Notes: a model not told the origin generated them from the letters alone. Shown: positions 1-10,955, counted from the stretch's first letter. The stretch: DNA of 64,000 nucleotides from an uncultured Pseudomonadales bacterium (GCA_943787595.1 CALSNA010000002.1:310467-374466), one strand, 5' to 3'. Program-made: numbers and translations.

Positions 1-637
1 AATTTTCGAAGGTATGCTGTCCAAGTTGGTCAATGCCAATACCACTGATAATGCCCATAGATACCGAACGGCTAAATCCATGGGGATTACCAATGGCAAG
101 TACTACATCACCTACCCGAAAGTTATCCTGATTAGACAACTCGGCATATTGCAGTCTATCAAGGGAAATCTCCAGTACAGCCAGGTCTGTCGCTGGGTCA
201 CTGCCAATCAATTGTGCATCAGCAACACGGCCATCATCAAGCACCACCTTAATCTGTTCAGCACTGGCAATGATATGGTGGTTCGTCACAATCTGACCAT
301 TGGCCCCAATGATAATACCAGAGCCAAGGCTAAACGAATTTGTGTTGACTTGAATCAAGTTCTGTTTGATTAATTCTTGGTAGTGTGGATCATCCAACAA
401 CGGCGATAAGGTTTCTTGGGTGGTTTTGTCCACATAAATACTGACAATAGCGGGCATCACCTGGTCTACCGCATCGGCATAGGTAACCTGAGTCGCAGAA
501 AATTGGGCTGGTGGCCAGATGGACGAGACAGCGGCAAAATAGTATGGCAACTTAGGGGCAAGCAGCACCCAGACTAAAGCTACCAGCAATCCGGCTAAGG
601 CTGGATAAAGCAAGTATCTTCTTTTTCGTCTGGGCAT
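1..637 (-). CDS. HtrA/DegS-family periplasmic serine endoprotease, N-terminal part (gene runs off the left edge)
   Basis: Absent from the ORF track because it has no stop in the window. My reverse-strand translation from ATG 637-635 reads MPRRKRRYLLYPALAGLLVALVWVLL (TM anchor) ... GSGIIIGANGQIVTNHHIIASAEQIKVVLDDGRVADAQLIGSDPATDLAVLEI. These are the His (TNHH) and Asp (DLAVL) boxes of S1C proteases. The + ORF 14..373 is its antisense shadow. Confidence 0.8.
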   Translation of the reverse strand, partial: MPRRKRRYLLYPALAGLLVALVWVLLAPKLPYYFAAVSSIWPPAQFSATQVTYADAVDQVMPAIVSIYVDKTTQETLSPLLDDPHYQELIKQNLIQVNTNSFSLGSGIIIGANGQIVTNHHIIASAEQIKVVLDDGRVADAQLIGSDPATDLAVLEISLDRLQYAELSNQDNFRVGDVVLAIGNPHGFSRSVSMGIISGIGIDQLGQHTFEN

Positions 638-1547
638 GTCCTGGGCACCTGCAACAAATCAATAGATGAGTATGATATAACATATAGAGTCAGTTAAGTT
701 AAAGATCGTGCTTGTCATGCAACCCAAATGATCTTAAATACTGCCACTGAACATGTCATCTATCGTGTATCGACTCTACCTGGTTTGCAAGCTTTATTTT
801 GTCAATTGGAATGCAGGGATCATTGCAGGTACGAGGATTCAATACGTTAAACAGGTTGAAGCCATGGCATAAAGATCTATCTGGGTCACTCACTGTCACA
901 ATAGGGGATATCATCCGCATAGGTGATCAAAATAAACTACTCTGTTAACCATCACTTATAAAACAAGCCATTATAGTGATGCGTCCCGTTTTTCCAACCC
1001 TCCGGTTAGATCTGCTTGGTTTCAACCCTGTAACAGGGTTGACTGGCAGATATTCAGACCGTTTGGTTAAAAACGCCCTGAGCCCTGAATTTTGCAGACC
1101 TGATGAAGTATTCTGGTCAGCCTGAACACCGGCTCATCACGCATGTATTAATCTGGATGATTGATGAGTATGGCGCCAAGGAACATCAGGGTTAGGCAGT
1201 GTGCACCGACTGCCGGGCTGGATGACAACATGTGTAGCCAGATAAAACATTTGCTCAGCCTGTCCAGCTAAGGATAAACAACGTACCTTGTATCTTATGC
1301 CCGGCAAATACGCAAATGGCTGGTGTGCAAACACCAAACTGGCCACTTGGCCCCACAAACCCGGCTATACCATGTTTTTTTAAATATAACGTTGTATTTA
1401 CCTGTATATTAGTTATGATTCAAGAGTTAGTTGAAATTAAAGTAATAATAATCTCATTAGACTGGTATTATTTTAATTAACTTTGCTAATACCAGAGGGG
1501 ATATGCTAGTCAAGTGAGCTAACTCTAACCCATAGGTAAATAAAGTT

Positions 1548-3149
1548 ATGTCATATAATAACCGACAGCTGGTTTCCTCCACTGGACTCATGAAAGGGTT
1601 ACATAGTGGTATGGGATTATCAGCAAAATTTATGGTCCTAGGCTTCGTTATATTCACCGTATTAAATGTTGAATTTGCCAGCAGTATTTATTCAGCAGTG
1701 CGTGGATGGATTCAAGCCACATTAAGTTGGTATTACATATTGGTCGCTGTCATCATGGTATTTGTCTGTTTATACCTGATGTGCTCAAGGTTTGGAGCAA
1801 TCCGCCTGGGTAATGACAATTCTAGACCAGAATTTAGTAATTTTTCCTGGTTCGCCATGCTGTTCTCAGCTGGCGTGGGTATCGGCATTTTGTTTTTTGG
1901 TGTGGCAGAGCCCATATTTTATTTTGATAATTCCGGCGGATTTGGGTATCCCAATAATCCCCATGCTGATAGATCCGGCGTTACTGAAATGACGATGGAA
2001 CGCGCCTTACATGCCATGCGTGTCACCTACTTCCACTGGGGATTTCATGGTTGGGCTGTGTATGTCATCGTTGGACTGTGCTTGGCGTATTTTGGTTTCC
2101 GCAAAAAATTACCTTTAACACTGCGTTCAGCCCTGTATCCCATTATCGGTGAACGAATTTATGGGCCCATCGGTCATGCTGTTGATCTTCTGGCTGTGTT
2201 TGGTACAGTTTTTGGTGTTGCAACATCCTTGGGTCTAGGAGTCAGTCAGATGGCTGCTGGATTGAACGTCCTGTTCGGTGTGGATCCGGGTGTCACGACA
2301 CAAATCATTCTAATTGGCATAATTTCAGTCATCGCGACGCTATCGGCTGTTTCAGGCGTTGGGAATGGCATTCGCATAATTTCAGAATGGAACATTTGGC
2401 TGTCCATTGTATTATTAGCTTTCTTCCTGTTTGGCGGACCGTTTCAATGGTTGATGGGGCTGTTTATCACATCACTAGGAGACTATCTGTGGAATGTGAT
2501 TCCAATGGGATTTTGGACTGCTGGAACCGAGGGTAATACAGCATGGCAAGGTGGCTGGACAATCTTCTACTGGGGCTGGTGGATTTCCTGGGCACCATTT
2601 GTTGGCATGTTCATCGCCAGAATTAGTCGTGGCCGTACCATCCGTGAATTCATGGTTGGTGTTTTGTTCGTACCCACCACCATCGCTTTCTTCTGGATTT
2701 GCATGTTCGGTGGCAATGCGATCTACCTTGAATTAAATGCCGCCAATGGCGTTGGTACTGCTGGCATTGTGGATACAGTAATGTCCTGGAATTTGCCCGC
2801 TGCACTCTATGGCACGATTGCGCTTTTAACGGATATCAGTTCGCTGCAATGGATCATGTCGGCGCTGACTACTTTCTTGCTTGCAACCTGGTTCATTACA
2901 TCTTCAGATTCTGGCACTTTGGTAATTACCACTATGTTATCAATGGGCAATGATCATCCACCACAGCGTTTTCGTATCATCTGGGGATTGGGTGAAGGCC
3001 TGGTAGCATCAGCATTGTTGCTTGCCGGTGGTCTAACAGCCCTGCAAACCGCTTCAATTGCGGCGGCCTTGCCGATCTCTATAGTGCTGTTATTGATGGT
3101 TTATGGGGTAATCAAATCATTACACGAAGACCCATCGGCAGTGGTTTAA
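1548..3149 (+). CDS. BCCT-family (betaine/carnitine/choline) osmolyte transporter
   Basis: 533-aa polytopic ORF with the BCCT signature stretch WTIFYWGWWISWAPFVGMFIARISRGRTIREF. Confidence 0.9.
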   Translation: MSYNNRQLVSSTGLMKGLHSGMGLSAKFMVLGFVIFTVLNVEFASSIYSAVRGWIQATLSWYYILVAVIMVFVCLYLMCSRFGAIRLGNDNSRPEFSNFSWFAMLFSAGVGIGILFFGVAEPIFYFDNSGGFGYPNNPHADRSGVTEMTMERALHAMRVTYFHWGFHGWAVYVIVGLCLAYFGFRKKLPLTLRSALYPIIGERIYGPIGHAVDLLAVFGTVFGVATSLGLGVSQMAAGLNVLFGVDPGVTTQIILIGIISVIATLSAVSGVGNGIRIISEWNIWLSIVLLAFFLFGGPFQWLMGLFITSLGDYLWNVIPMGFWTAGTEGNTAWQGGWTIFYWGWWISWAPFVGMFIARISRGRTIREFMVGVLFVPTTIAFFWICMFGGNAIYLELNAANGVGTAGIVDTVMSWNLPAALYGTIALLTDISSLQWIMSALTTFLLATWFITSSDSGTLVITTMLSMGNDHPPQRFRIIWGLGEGLVASALLLAGGLTALQTASIAAALPISIVLLLMVYGVIKSLHEDPSAVV

Positions 3150-3426
3150 ACGGAATTATAGTCGCTCGTGAACCACAATAAGGATTTGCGCTGCCAATGT
3201 TATACTGGTGGCGCAAATGCATTGAGCCAAGGCCTATCAACTTAACTCAAAAGGTCCCCGTGCCGGGTCATGTTGACCGCATTACTGAACTGACGATGAT
3301 GCAGAATGAGGAACTGCACCCATTGCATGAACGAAAATAACCAGCATTGCTTGAATTTCAACGTCCGAGGGATTGTTCTGGCATGCAAATGACGATTACG
3401 GATTGATCAATCAGCCCCACGGTAAT

Positions 3427-4134
3427 ATGACCGAACTAATCCAAAACCATTCAAATGACTTCGCTGACAAGCTGGCGTTAATCAACCAGCGTATTGCCAG
3501 AGCCTGTAGAAAATCGGGTCGTGAGTCAAGGCATATTACGTTGATTGCAGTCAGCAAGACCCAGCCATGGTCGAAAATAGTGGCTGCCTACCAGGCTGGC
3601 CAACGGCATTTCGGGGAAAACTATCTGCAAGATGCACAACCCAAAATAGTACAAAGTAGTAGCATGGGTATTGAGTGGCATTTTATCGGCAAGATCCAAG
3701 CTAATAAAACCCGCGCGATTGCCACTCATTTCAATTGGGTACACACCCTTGACCGGATCAAAATTGCTCAACGGCTCAATGATCAACGCCCGGTACATTT
3801 GCCTCCATTACGGGTATTTATCCAGGTTAATCTCAGCCGTGAGGCAAATAAGGCAGGTATTGACCTGATAGAGCTCTCTGATTTAGTTACACAGATGCAA
3901 CAACTGCCCCGCTTGCAATTGCAGGGCCTCATGTGTATCCCCATGGCAACCCGGAAGTTTGATACCCAGATTAAACCTTTCCAGCAACTGCAACAGGCGC
4001 AGGAAAGGTTGCAGACTAACTATTCACACCTGCAACAATTATCCATGGGCATGTCGGCAGATCTGGAAGCCGCTATTGTTGCTGGAGCAACTCACATTCG
4101 TATTGGCACTGACCTATTCGGTGCCCGCAACTAA
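3427..4134 (+). CDS. yggS: YggS-family pyridoxal-phosphate homeostasis protein
   Basis: Has the HITLIAVSKTQ (PLP lysine), HFGENYLQ, WHFIGKIQANK and LSMGMSADLEAAI motifs typical of YggS. I place the start at the internal ATG 3427 (MTELIQ...) rather than the ORF-track 3373. It lies immediately upstream of proC, as in many gammaproteobacteria. Confidence 0.85.
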   Translation: MTELIQNHSNDFADKLALINQRIARACRKSGRESRHITLIAVSKTQPWSKIVAAYQAGQRHFGENYLQDAQPKIVQSSSMGIEWHFIGKIQANKTRAIATHFNWVHTLDRIKIAQRLNDQRPVHLPPLRVFIQVNLSREANKAGIDLIELSDLVTQMQQLPRLQLQGLMCIPMATRKFDTQIKPFQQLQQAQERLQTNYSHLQQLSMGMSADLEAAIVAGATHIRIGTDLFGARN

Positions 4135-4144
4135 GGAACTACAG

Positions 4145-4963
4145 ATGTTAAAACAACCCGTTGTCGCTTTCATCGGTGCTGGCAACATGGCCCAGGCTAT
4201 CCTAAAAGGTCTGTTGGCACAAGATTATCCAGCTGACCACATCTGGGCCACCGCTCGCAGCCATGATCGCCTACAGCAATTGGCAACCACAACGGGCGTG
4301 CATACCACTCATGATAACCAAGCTGCCTGTCGGGCAGCCGATGTTATTGTGATGGGCGTAAAACCACAAATGATGGCCAATGTCACCCGTAGCCTAGCCC
4401 CTGCCATCGACAGCCAATTGGTGATATCGGTAGCAGCAGGTATCTTGCTGGATAGTCTGGAGAATTGGCTTAGTAAAGACACCGCGTTAGTGCGCTGTAT
4501 GCCCAATACACCATCACTGGTTGGGGCAGGGGCTGCCGGGCTGTTTGCCAACCAATCGGTCAACAGTGACCAAAAAGCCTGCGCTGAATATATTCTAACG
4601 ACTGTGGGCCTGGCCTTGTGGGTAACACAGGAAAATCAGTTGGATATGGTTACGGCGGTATCTGGCAGCGGCCCGGCCTACTATTTCCTGCTAATGGAAG
4701 CAATGATCGATGCTGCTCAGGAACTGGGTTTAGATCTGGATATCGCCCGCCAGTTAGTACTGCAAACTGCCCTAGGGGCCGCCACCATGGCCCACCAGAG
4801 TCAGTCTGAGCCAGCCCAGCTGCGCCAGGCTGTAACTTCACCCAAAGGGGTTACAGAACAAGCTTTGCGGGTTTTTGAACGGGGCCACTTTAAAGCCCTG
4901 TGCCAACAGGCAATGCTAACTGCTCAGGAACGATCTCGGGAACTGGCTGAACTGTATCGGTAA
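4145..4963 (+). CDS. proC: Pyrroline-5-carboxylate reductase
   Basis: The sequence from MLKQPVVAFIGAGNMAQAILKGL (Rossmann GxGxxA) through MPNTPSLVGAGA and SGSGPAYYFLLMEAM matches ProC. The ORF-track start 3959 overlaps yggS and is an upstream in-frame extension. Confidence 0.9.
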   Translation: MLKQPVVAFIGAGNMAQAILKGLLAQDYPADHIWATARSHDRLQQLATTTGVHTTHDNQAACRAADVIVMGVKPQMMANVTRSLAPAIDSQLVISVAAGILLDSLENWLSKDTALVRCMPNTPSLVGAGAAGLFANQSVNSDQKACAEYILTTVGLALWVTQENQLDMVTAVSGSGPAYYFLLMEAMIDAAQELGLDLDIARQLVLQTALGAATMAHQSQSEPAQLRQAVTSPKGVTEQALRVFERGHFKALCQQAMLTAQERSRELAELYR

Positions 4964-5185
4964 AGCTACCTGGGTATCAGCCATGTATTTTACGGGCATG
5001 TATGCAGCCAATTAAACGCTTCGTGCACCACAGTGAATCCTAGCAAAGGCGGTTTGCAGGCATACACCTCAAATCACTTGCCTGCATCAGCGATAGCAAA
5101 TTGATAATATCATTGCGTGGTGTCACTATTTCTTGATTTGTGTATTGCACCTGTCCGTATAAATTATTAATATTCTTTGCAAAGA

Positions 5186-5345
5186 TGGTTCCCATTTTAG
5201 GGTGAATAGGGAACACGGTGTGATTCCGTGGCTGCCCCCGCAACTGTAAGCAGAGAGCATGGTTCTTAATAATACCACTGGGAAACCGGGAAGGTAGAAC
5301 CACATGCCTGGACCTGTAAGTCAGGAGACCTGCCATCTGATTGGT
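5186..5345 (+). promoter_or_regulatory. Cobalamin (B12) riboswitch in the btuB leader
   Basis: Conserved core seen directly: AATAGGGAACACGGTGTGATTCCGTGGCTGCCCCCGCAACTGTAAG, then CCACTGGGAAACCGGGAAGGT, then the B12 box AGTCAGGAGACCTGCC at 5319-5334. It sits about 200 nt upstream of a TonB-dependent receptor. The boundaries are approximate. Confidence 0.85.
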
Positions 5346-5543
5346 CACCTATCGGCAAGCGGGGCGCTTGTTTGAGCGGGTTCCGTAATGGTGGCAATAA
5401 ACAATACAACAGTATTGTTGCCGGAAACAGGTGCTTAGCAGTCCTGTTCTACCTTACACGCGTTTGGTGATAGCTCCCTGAGTTAATCAACACACCTGTG
5501 TCTAAGGGTTTCCGGTTCCGTGCAAACCGAATTGGAGCCTATA

Positions 5544-7406
5544 ATGCACTCTTTTAAGCATGTAAAATGGTCTACCCTATTAATTACAACAGCAGCTGTG
5601 CTATTGCCACTGACCAGCTTGGCTGGTTTGGGCAATGATATCGTGATTTCAGCCTCCCGTGTCGCCATGGCCAGGGTTGCTTCTGGAAATAGCGTTTCGG
5701 TACTGGATGCCAATTTTCTGAAACAGCATCAGATTCGTACCGTCAGCGATGCACTGCGGTTTGTTCCCGGTCTGGCCGTTCATCGCAGTGGTGGGCTGGG
5801 GACCATAGTTGAAGTACGTATCCGTGGTGCAGAGGCCAATCAGACTCTGGTGCTCATTGATGGCATCGAAGTAAACGATGTGGCCAGTGGTTCTTCTTTT
5901 GACTTCACCCGGCTGCTAAATCTGAATATTGAACGGATTGAAGTTTTACGTGGTGCCCAAAGCGCACTTTGGGGCAGTGATGCTATGGGTGGCGTAGTTA
6001 ATATCATTACCAAAATCGGTAACGGGAGAACCCGGATCAATGTAAATTTGGAAGCTGGCAGTTTTGGCACGCATCAGGAAACCTTTCGTATCAGTGGTGG
6101 CAGTGAACAATACAACTATACTCTAGCCAGTACGTTAATTAACACGGATGGTATTTCTGCTGCCAGTGCAGGAAGCGAAGATGATGGTTACGAAAATATC
6201 ACCGTGAACTTTAAAGGCAACCTGCAGGCCACTGAAAATATTGCCCTGGGTATCGTAACTCAGCGCACCAAGGACAAGGTTGAACGTGATGCAGAAGGTA
6301 AGGATAGCTCTGCCACAACTGATGCTGAACAAAACTTCAATCGCATTCATGTCAGCTGGGATACTCCAGACTGGCATCATGAAGCCAGTGTTTCAGATGC
6401 TGAAACACAGCGGGTCGCAGTTGATCCGACCTATAGCTCCAAGAACATTGGTTACAAACGCAAATATGCTTATCAGACCAGTTACGTTATGACCGATGCA
6501 AGCAATGACCAGCATCTAACCTTGGCGCTGGAAAGAGAGAATGAAAGACACGACACCAGCAGTAACAACACCAATGCCAGCAGCCGCAGCATCAATACCA
6601 ACAGTGCAGTAGCCGAATATGGCATCAATTTTAATGATACATATTACGTCAACCTGGCTACCCGCTATGACAACAACAGCATGTTCAAGGATAGTATGAC
6701 GCACCACATGAATGCATCTGGCTGGCTCAATGAGGCCGTGCGGTTACACACCAGTATGGGCAATGGCATCAAAAATCCCACTATGACTGAGTTGTTTGGA
6801 TACGGCCTGAGTTACACCGGCAATACCAATTTGCAGCCAGAAGAAAATTTCACGTGGGATTTGGGTGCTGAGTACTCATTTGCACATCTGGACGGTTACA
6901 TTGATACTACGGTGTTCCATAGCCGAATCGACAGCCTGATCTATTCAGCGGGCTCCAGCGCAACCAATCTAACTGACACTGCCCAAGTGCAAGGCATTGA
7001 ACTGAGCCTGGCGGTCAACCCAAATGATATATTGCAGTTAACGGGCAGTTATACCTATACCGATACCGATGACAGTACCGGAAAAGCGTTGCTGCGCAGG
7101 CCCCGTCATATGGGTAGTTTAAACGCTGTTTATCGGTATTCGGATCATACCAGTATTACCAGTGGGATAAACTATCATGGTACCCGAGATAACCAAGACT
7201 ATACTACGGGCGGATACAGTGGTACACGGGTTAACTTGCCAAGTTACATGCTGATGAATATGGCAGCAAATTACCGGTACTCCAATCAGATCGAGTTGTT
7301 TGGCCGCATTGAAAATGTGTTTAACACCCAATATGAAGAAATTGTAAATTATGGCACCAAAGGTAGAAGTGGCATGGTTGGCATTCGTTTTAGTGGCATG
7401 CCATGA
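5544..7406 (+). CDS. btuB: TonB-dependent outer-membrane receptor, BtuB-like (vitamin B12)
   Basis: Signal peptide MHSFKHVKWSTLLITTAAVLLPLTSLA. TonB-box-like DIVISASR. Plug motifs IEVLRGAQSALWGSDAMGGVVNIITK. Preceded by a cobalamin riboswitch. Start chosen at ATG 5544. Confidence 0.85.
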   Translation: MHSFKHVKWSTLLITTAAVLLPLTSLAGLGNDIVISASRVAMARVASGNSVSVLDANFLKQHQIRTVSDALRFVPGLAVHRSGGLGTIVEVRIRGAEANQTLVLIDGIEVNDVASGSSFDFTRLLNLNIERIEVLRGAQSALWGSDAMGGVVNIITKIGNGRTRINVNLEAGSFGTHQETFRISGGSEQYNYTLASTLINTDGISAASAGSEDDGYENITVNFKGNLQATENIALGIVTQRTKDKVERDAEGKDSSATTDAEQNFNRIHVSWDTPDWHHEASVSDAETQRVAVDPTYSSKNIGYKRKYAYQTSYVMTDASNDQHLTLALERENERHDTSSNNTNASSRSINTNSAVAEYGINFNDTYYVNLATRYDNNSMFKDSMTHHMNASGWLNEAVRLHTSMGNGIKNPTMTELFGYGLSYTGNTNLQPEENFTWDLGAEYSFAHLDGYIDTTVFHSRIDSLIYSAGSSATNLTDTAQVQGIELSLAVNPNDILQLTGSYTYTDTDDSTGKALLRRPRHMGSLNAVYRYSDHTSITSGINYHGTRDNQDYTTGGYSGTRVNLPSYMLMNMAANYRYSNQIELFGRIENVFNTQYEEIVNYGTKGRSGMVGIRFSGMP

Positions 7407-7844
7407 GCATACCTTGGAACCAAGTTGGGTTTAAGCCATCAACAGATCATGCATTAGCACTGAAGCAATGTCATTATATTACTCCAGACGTTTGGCAGGA
7501 CACCGCCTGGGCAGCCAAACATCCTCCTATCGCACAGCATGTAAAGCACAAATATGTATTCATGCAGGGATGAGAATGGGGATAACGGATGTAACTGTGG
7601 GCTGTCGCTGCGTTACCGCACGGACGTCAAGCACACTAAGAAAAAACAGGCGCTAGCCAGGGGTATTATGAAAAGTAGAGGGGATTTCTTTAAAAGTGGA
7701 CCCCCATCGTCTTTTACTTGCAAACCGGTCCCCTGAATTCACGTGGCCACATCATGATCTTATTATACATACACCATCCCTCCCCTACATAAGCACGGTA
7801 GGGGATTAACACGACCCAATTTGCTCCAGCAATGGCAATCTGCC

Positions 7845-8276
7845 TCATGCGTAAATGGCTGAAATGACCAGTGTTAAAATAACGATCCCTGTCACAACAC
7901 AGCGGGTCAGAAAATAGTCAACGCTGATGAGCGCAGCCTGAAGCAGCTTTTTGTCGATCAGTAACAAGACCAAGAAGCTGATTATGAATACAGCAAGCAA
8001 TAATTTAACAGTCAGGATTAAGAAGCTAATCCATAATAACACTGCATTTATGTTGCTAAATGTTGGCAGATATAAGCGCCATTGATCCTCTACATTTAAA
8101 TGCTGCCCCCAATGGGTACCCGCCATAAATGATGTGATGACAAGCGCGTACACACTGATTACTTGATCTGTGGGACCCAGTAAAGGAATGATGTGGATAT
8201 CAAGCACCATACAGAGCGCGCACAGGACAAATGGTAAGGCACCTGCGTAAGTTAGATATGGGTAAAGTCTTTTCAT
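7845..8276 (-). CDS. Small integral membrane protein (DUF3429-like)
   Basis: 143 aa with four hydrophobic segments. The N-terminal LTYAGALPFV resembles DUF3429 as I recall it. The family assignment is tentative. Confidence 0.55.
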   Translation of the reverse strand: MKRLYPYLTYAGALPFVLCALCMVLDIHIIPLLGPTDQVISVYALVITSFMAGTHWGQHLNVEDQWRLYLPTFSNINAVLLWISFLILTVKLLLAVFIISFLVLLLIDKKLLQAALISVDYFLTRCVVTGIVILTLVISAIYA

Positions 8277-8708
8277 ATCTTATATTTTATCACGATCAAG
8301 GGCCGAGGTTTTGCACTTGGACGATCATGCAAACTAAATTACGATGCCATTATCCAGAGTAAAATCTGGATAAATGTCTGAGTGTGGCAATCAGTTCATT
8401 ATCAACCCTCTGACAAATAAAAAGTGGCCCTGTAGAACATACCTTTACAAGCACAATAGGATATGAGCGACAACCACAGATAATACATGTGATCTGTGGG
8501 ATGCTATGTCGATCAAGATACCAATTCCCTGCCGAACAAAACGTATTTTTCAACGTGCTTAAGTTTACCTCTATCAATCCAATCTGGTAGATGATAAAGT
8601 GCATTTATTAATTGCTGGAGTATTTGCACCTATAGATATATCCCAGTGCCTGATAAATCCAACTGATCGTGGCTTGTTGCAGGCAAAAGACGGTACGGAA
8701 CCAGTACA

Positions 8709-9278
8709 GTGCAATCAATACAGATTTGGAACAGCAAAAGCAGCTATGGTCTGGTGGCAATATTGCTGCACTGGCTAAGCGCTGTGGCCGTAGTGGGTGC
8801 CTTTGCACTTGGCGTGTGGGTGACCCAACTGACCTATTATAACAGCTGGTATACACATGCCATTGATCTACATCACAGCATTGGCCTGTTACTACTGATC
8901 ACCATGCTGGGCCGCGTAACATTGCGAACCGTCAATGTAATACCTGACGATGAGGCTGGAATGAGCATAGTGCAACGCAAAGCTGCCCATGGCGTTCATC
9001 TGCTGCTGTATGTATTGGTATTTGTATCAATAGCCAGTGGCTATCTGATATCCACTGCCGATGGCCGTTCAATCGACCTATTTGGACACCTGTCCATTCC
9101 AGCCATTGTGACTGACATGCAGAATCAGGCAGATATTTCTGGTATTGTGCACTGGTACGTAGCACTAGCACTGATAATCCTGACAGGGCTGCACACACTG
9201 GCAGCGCTAAAACATCATTTTATTGACCGAGATCGAACCCTAAAGAAGATACTCGGTACAACCATTCCAACCTGCTGA
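8709..9278 (+). CDS. Cytochrome b561 family protein (CybB/YceJ-like)
   Basis: Four-helix membrane protein with conserved His positions (LLHWLSA, HHSIGLLL, HLLLYVL, HWYVALA). GTG start. Followed by yceI, as in the E. coli yceJ-yceI pair. Confidence 0.8.
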   Translation: MQSIQIWNSKSSYGLVAILLHWLSAVAVVGAFALGVWVTQLTYYNSWYTHAIDLHHSIGLLLLITMLGRVTLRTVNVIPDDEAGMSIVQRKAAHGVHLLLYVLVFVSIASGYLISTADGRSIDLFGHLSIPAIVTDMQNQADISGIVHWYVALALIILTGLHTLAALKHHFIDRDRTLKKILGTTIPTC

Positions 9279-9306
9279 TGTAATTGAAGCAACGGGAGCA
9301 TGATTC

Positions 9307-9885
9307 ATGAAAATAAAAATTCTTTCCACTACTTTACTGGCCGCTACCATTGTATTGTCTTCACAGGTCGTTGCTGAAACATACGATCTGGACACCAAGG
9401 GTGCCCATGCATCGATCCAGTTCCGCATTCAGCATCTGGGTTATAGCTGGCTGCAAGGCCGTTTCAATACCTTTGGCGGCAGTTTTGAATATGATGAACA
9501 AGATCCAGACAGCGCCTCTGTACAGGTTGAAATTGATACAGCCAGTATTGATTCCAACCATGCAAGAAGAGACAAACATCTGCGTAGTAAGGATTTTCTC
9601 AATGTAAGCGAGTACCCTAAAGCCTATTTTGAGAGCACTTCCTTCAATGAAAACAGTGATGGAACCACAATACTAACAGGTGATTTAACCCTGCATGGAG
9701 TAACTAATCCAGTGACTATCAACGTTGAACATATTGGCCACGGGTCCGATCCTTGGGGTGGATATCGCCGCGGTTTCGAAGGAACAACACGGATTTCTTT
9801 GAAGGATTACGACATCAACTATAACCTTGGACCTAAGTCCAAAGAAGTAGAACTGAGTCTCTCTATCGAAGGTATTCGCCGCTAA
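9307..9885 (+). CDS. yceI: YceI-family periplasmic polyisoprenoid-binding protein
   Basis: Signal peptide followed by YDLDTKGAHASIQFRIQHLGYSWLQGRFNTFGGSF ... HARRDKHLRSKDFLNV, the characteristic YceI lipocalin-like motifs. Confidence 0.85.
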   Translation: MKIKILSTTLLAATIVLSSQVVAETYDLDTKGAHASIQFRIQHLGYSWLQGRFNTFGGSFEYDEQDPDSASVQVEIDTASIDSNHARRDKHLRSKDFLNVSEYPKAYFESTSFNENSDGTTILTGDLTLHGVTNPVTINVEHIGHGSDPWGGYRRGFEGTTRISLKDYDINYNLGPKSKEVELSLSIEGIRR

Positions 9886-10403
9886 CGCATCCCTGACCAG
9901 ATAAAACGCGTGCCAATGCATTGATGGCAATGACGCATAAGGCACTGTCGCAGGATTGACTGGAAAGATAACAGGGGTGAAAAGTAAACCCCTCCCACTA
10001 CCTATACCACTGGTAAGCATCTGACTTTATAAAGCGGATGCCTCGGCAATATCTATTGAGGTTCAATTCTGGCGTTTGAATGACCCTGGTGGTTCGCTTA
10101 AAAGCTAATCGGCAATTGTCTGCCTTCGGGCATTCAGACCTGATTTAGTCAAAGCACTGACGTGAACTGATAATATGCAAAGTAACCTAACCCCATGTAT
10201 GCAGGACTAGATAATCTGTTTAATCAATGCACTGCAAACGCTCATTTAAGGCTCATAGCATGCTTTCAAAATCTGCCCAAATATCCGCTCTTTTTATGAC
10301 TTGGATGGCTGACAGTGCCACTCATTGAGTCATTTTTGCAAACAAATCACCCGGCGGTTAAGGCGTTTCAAAGCACCGAGTGTGCTTTCAAGGTTCTGGT
10401 TGG

Positions 10404-10955
10404 CTAATCTGTTTTTTCTATTACCAGGGTTATTTCACCCACTTTAAAGCCCCATTTAGTCATTTCGGTGCGGTTGATTAAGCGCGTATCATCAAGCTGA
10501 TACAGCCAATCGTTAAGATCAATTTGCCATGATTTACCATTGACTTCAATTGCCAGGGTATAATGCCAGTTGAAGGCGAACCCCTGTCCGTAACCAAATG
10601 CATCCTGAGTAACATCATTAGCAGTGCCACTATAACTGCCATCACTATTTTTGGTGAGCGACCAGACACGTCGCTGGGTTTCACCATCGTCATAGTAAAA
10701 GTCTTCTGCCAATGTACCTTTATTGCCTTGCCATTGACCAATCAAGTCAGCATGGAAACGACGTATTACCTTGCCAGAGCGATCCTGTACCATACCATAA
10801 GCATTTAGTTTACCGTTAAAGAAAGACCGCATGTCGAATTCTGGCACACTGGATGTATAGTCCGGTAGCGTTGCAGCACAACTACTCAACATAATCATAG
10901 CCAGTGACAGTAATATGATGCGGTATATATGGGTTAAAAATGGATAAATACTCAT
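10404..10955 (-). CDS. DUF3833-family lipoprotein
   Basis: Lipobox LSSCA, then FFNGKLNAYGMVQDRSGKVIRRFHADLIGQW..GTLAEDFYYDDGETQRRVW ... DDWLYQ ... MTKWGFKVGEITLVI. This matches my recollection of DUF3833 proteins, which accompany photolyase/cryptochrome clusters. Confidence 0.7.
   Translation of the reverse strand: MSIYPFLTHIYRIILLSLAMIMLSSCAATLPDYTSSVPEFDMRSFFNGKLNAYGMVQDRSGKVIRRFHADLIGQWQGNKGTLAEDFYYDDGETQRRVWSLTKNSDGSYSGTANDVTQDAFGYGQGFAFNWHYTLAIEVNGKSWQIDLNDWLYQLDDTRLINRTEMTKWGFKVGEITLVIEKTD

Noticed and set aside
14-373. 119-aa + strand ORF at the left edge
   Set aside because: It lies antisense to a much better reading frame on the minus strand, which encodes an HtrA/DegS-type protease with catalytic motifs. 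It has no motif of its own.
1137-1358. 73-aa ORF and other short ORFs in the 0.64-1.55 kb intergenic region
   Set aside because: They have no motifs and atypical composition. The region may hold promoters or an sRNA, but nothing I can support.
3150-3230. Inverted repeat TTTGCGC..GCGCAAA after the BCCT gene as an intrinsic terminator
   Set aside because: The stem is imperfect and no T-run follows. The evidence is insufficient.
3959-4144. N-terminal 62 residues of the 334-aa ORF 3959..4963
   Set aside because: This part overlaps the yggS 3' end in another frame. ProC similarity starts at MLKQPVVAFIGAGN (ATG 4145), so the extension is not coding.
5040-5348. 102-aa minus-strand ORF
   Set aside because: It sits on top of the cobalamin riboswitch, whose conserved RNA motifs explain the sequence.
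7468-7736. Two overlapping 60-62-aa + ORFs downstream of btuB
   Set aside because: They are Arg/Cys-rich low-complexity translations in a convergent intergenic region and are likely non-coding.
8350-8604. 84-aa Cys-rich minus-strand ORF (…CIICGCRS…)
   Set aside because: I could name no motif (I checked for DUF1289 and YkgJ-like patterns). It is a short ORF in an intergenic region next to the cytochrome b561 start. I cannot support it as a gene.
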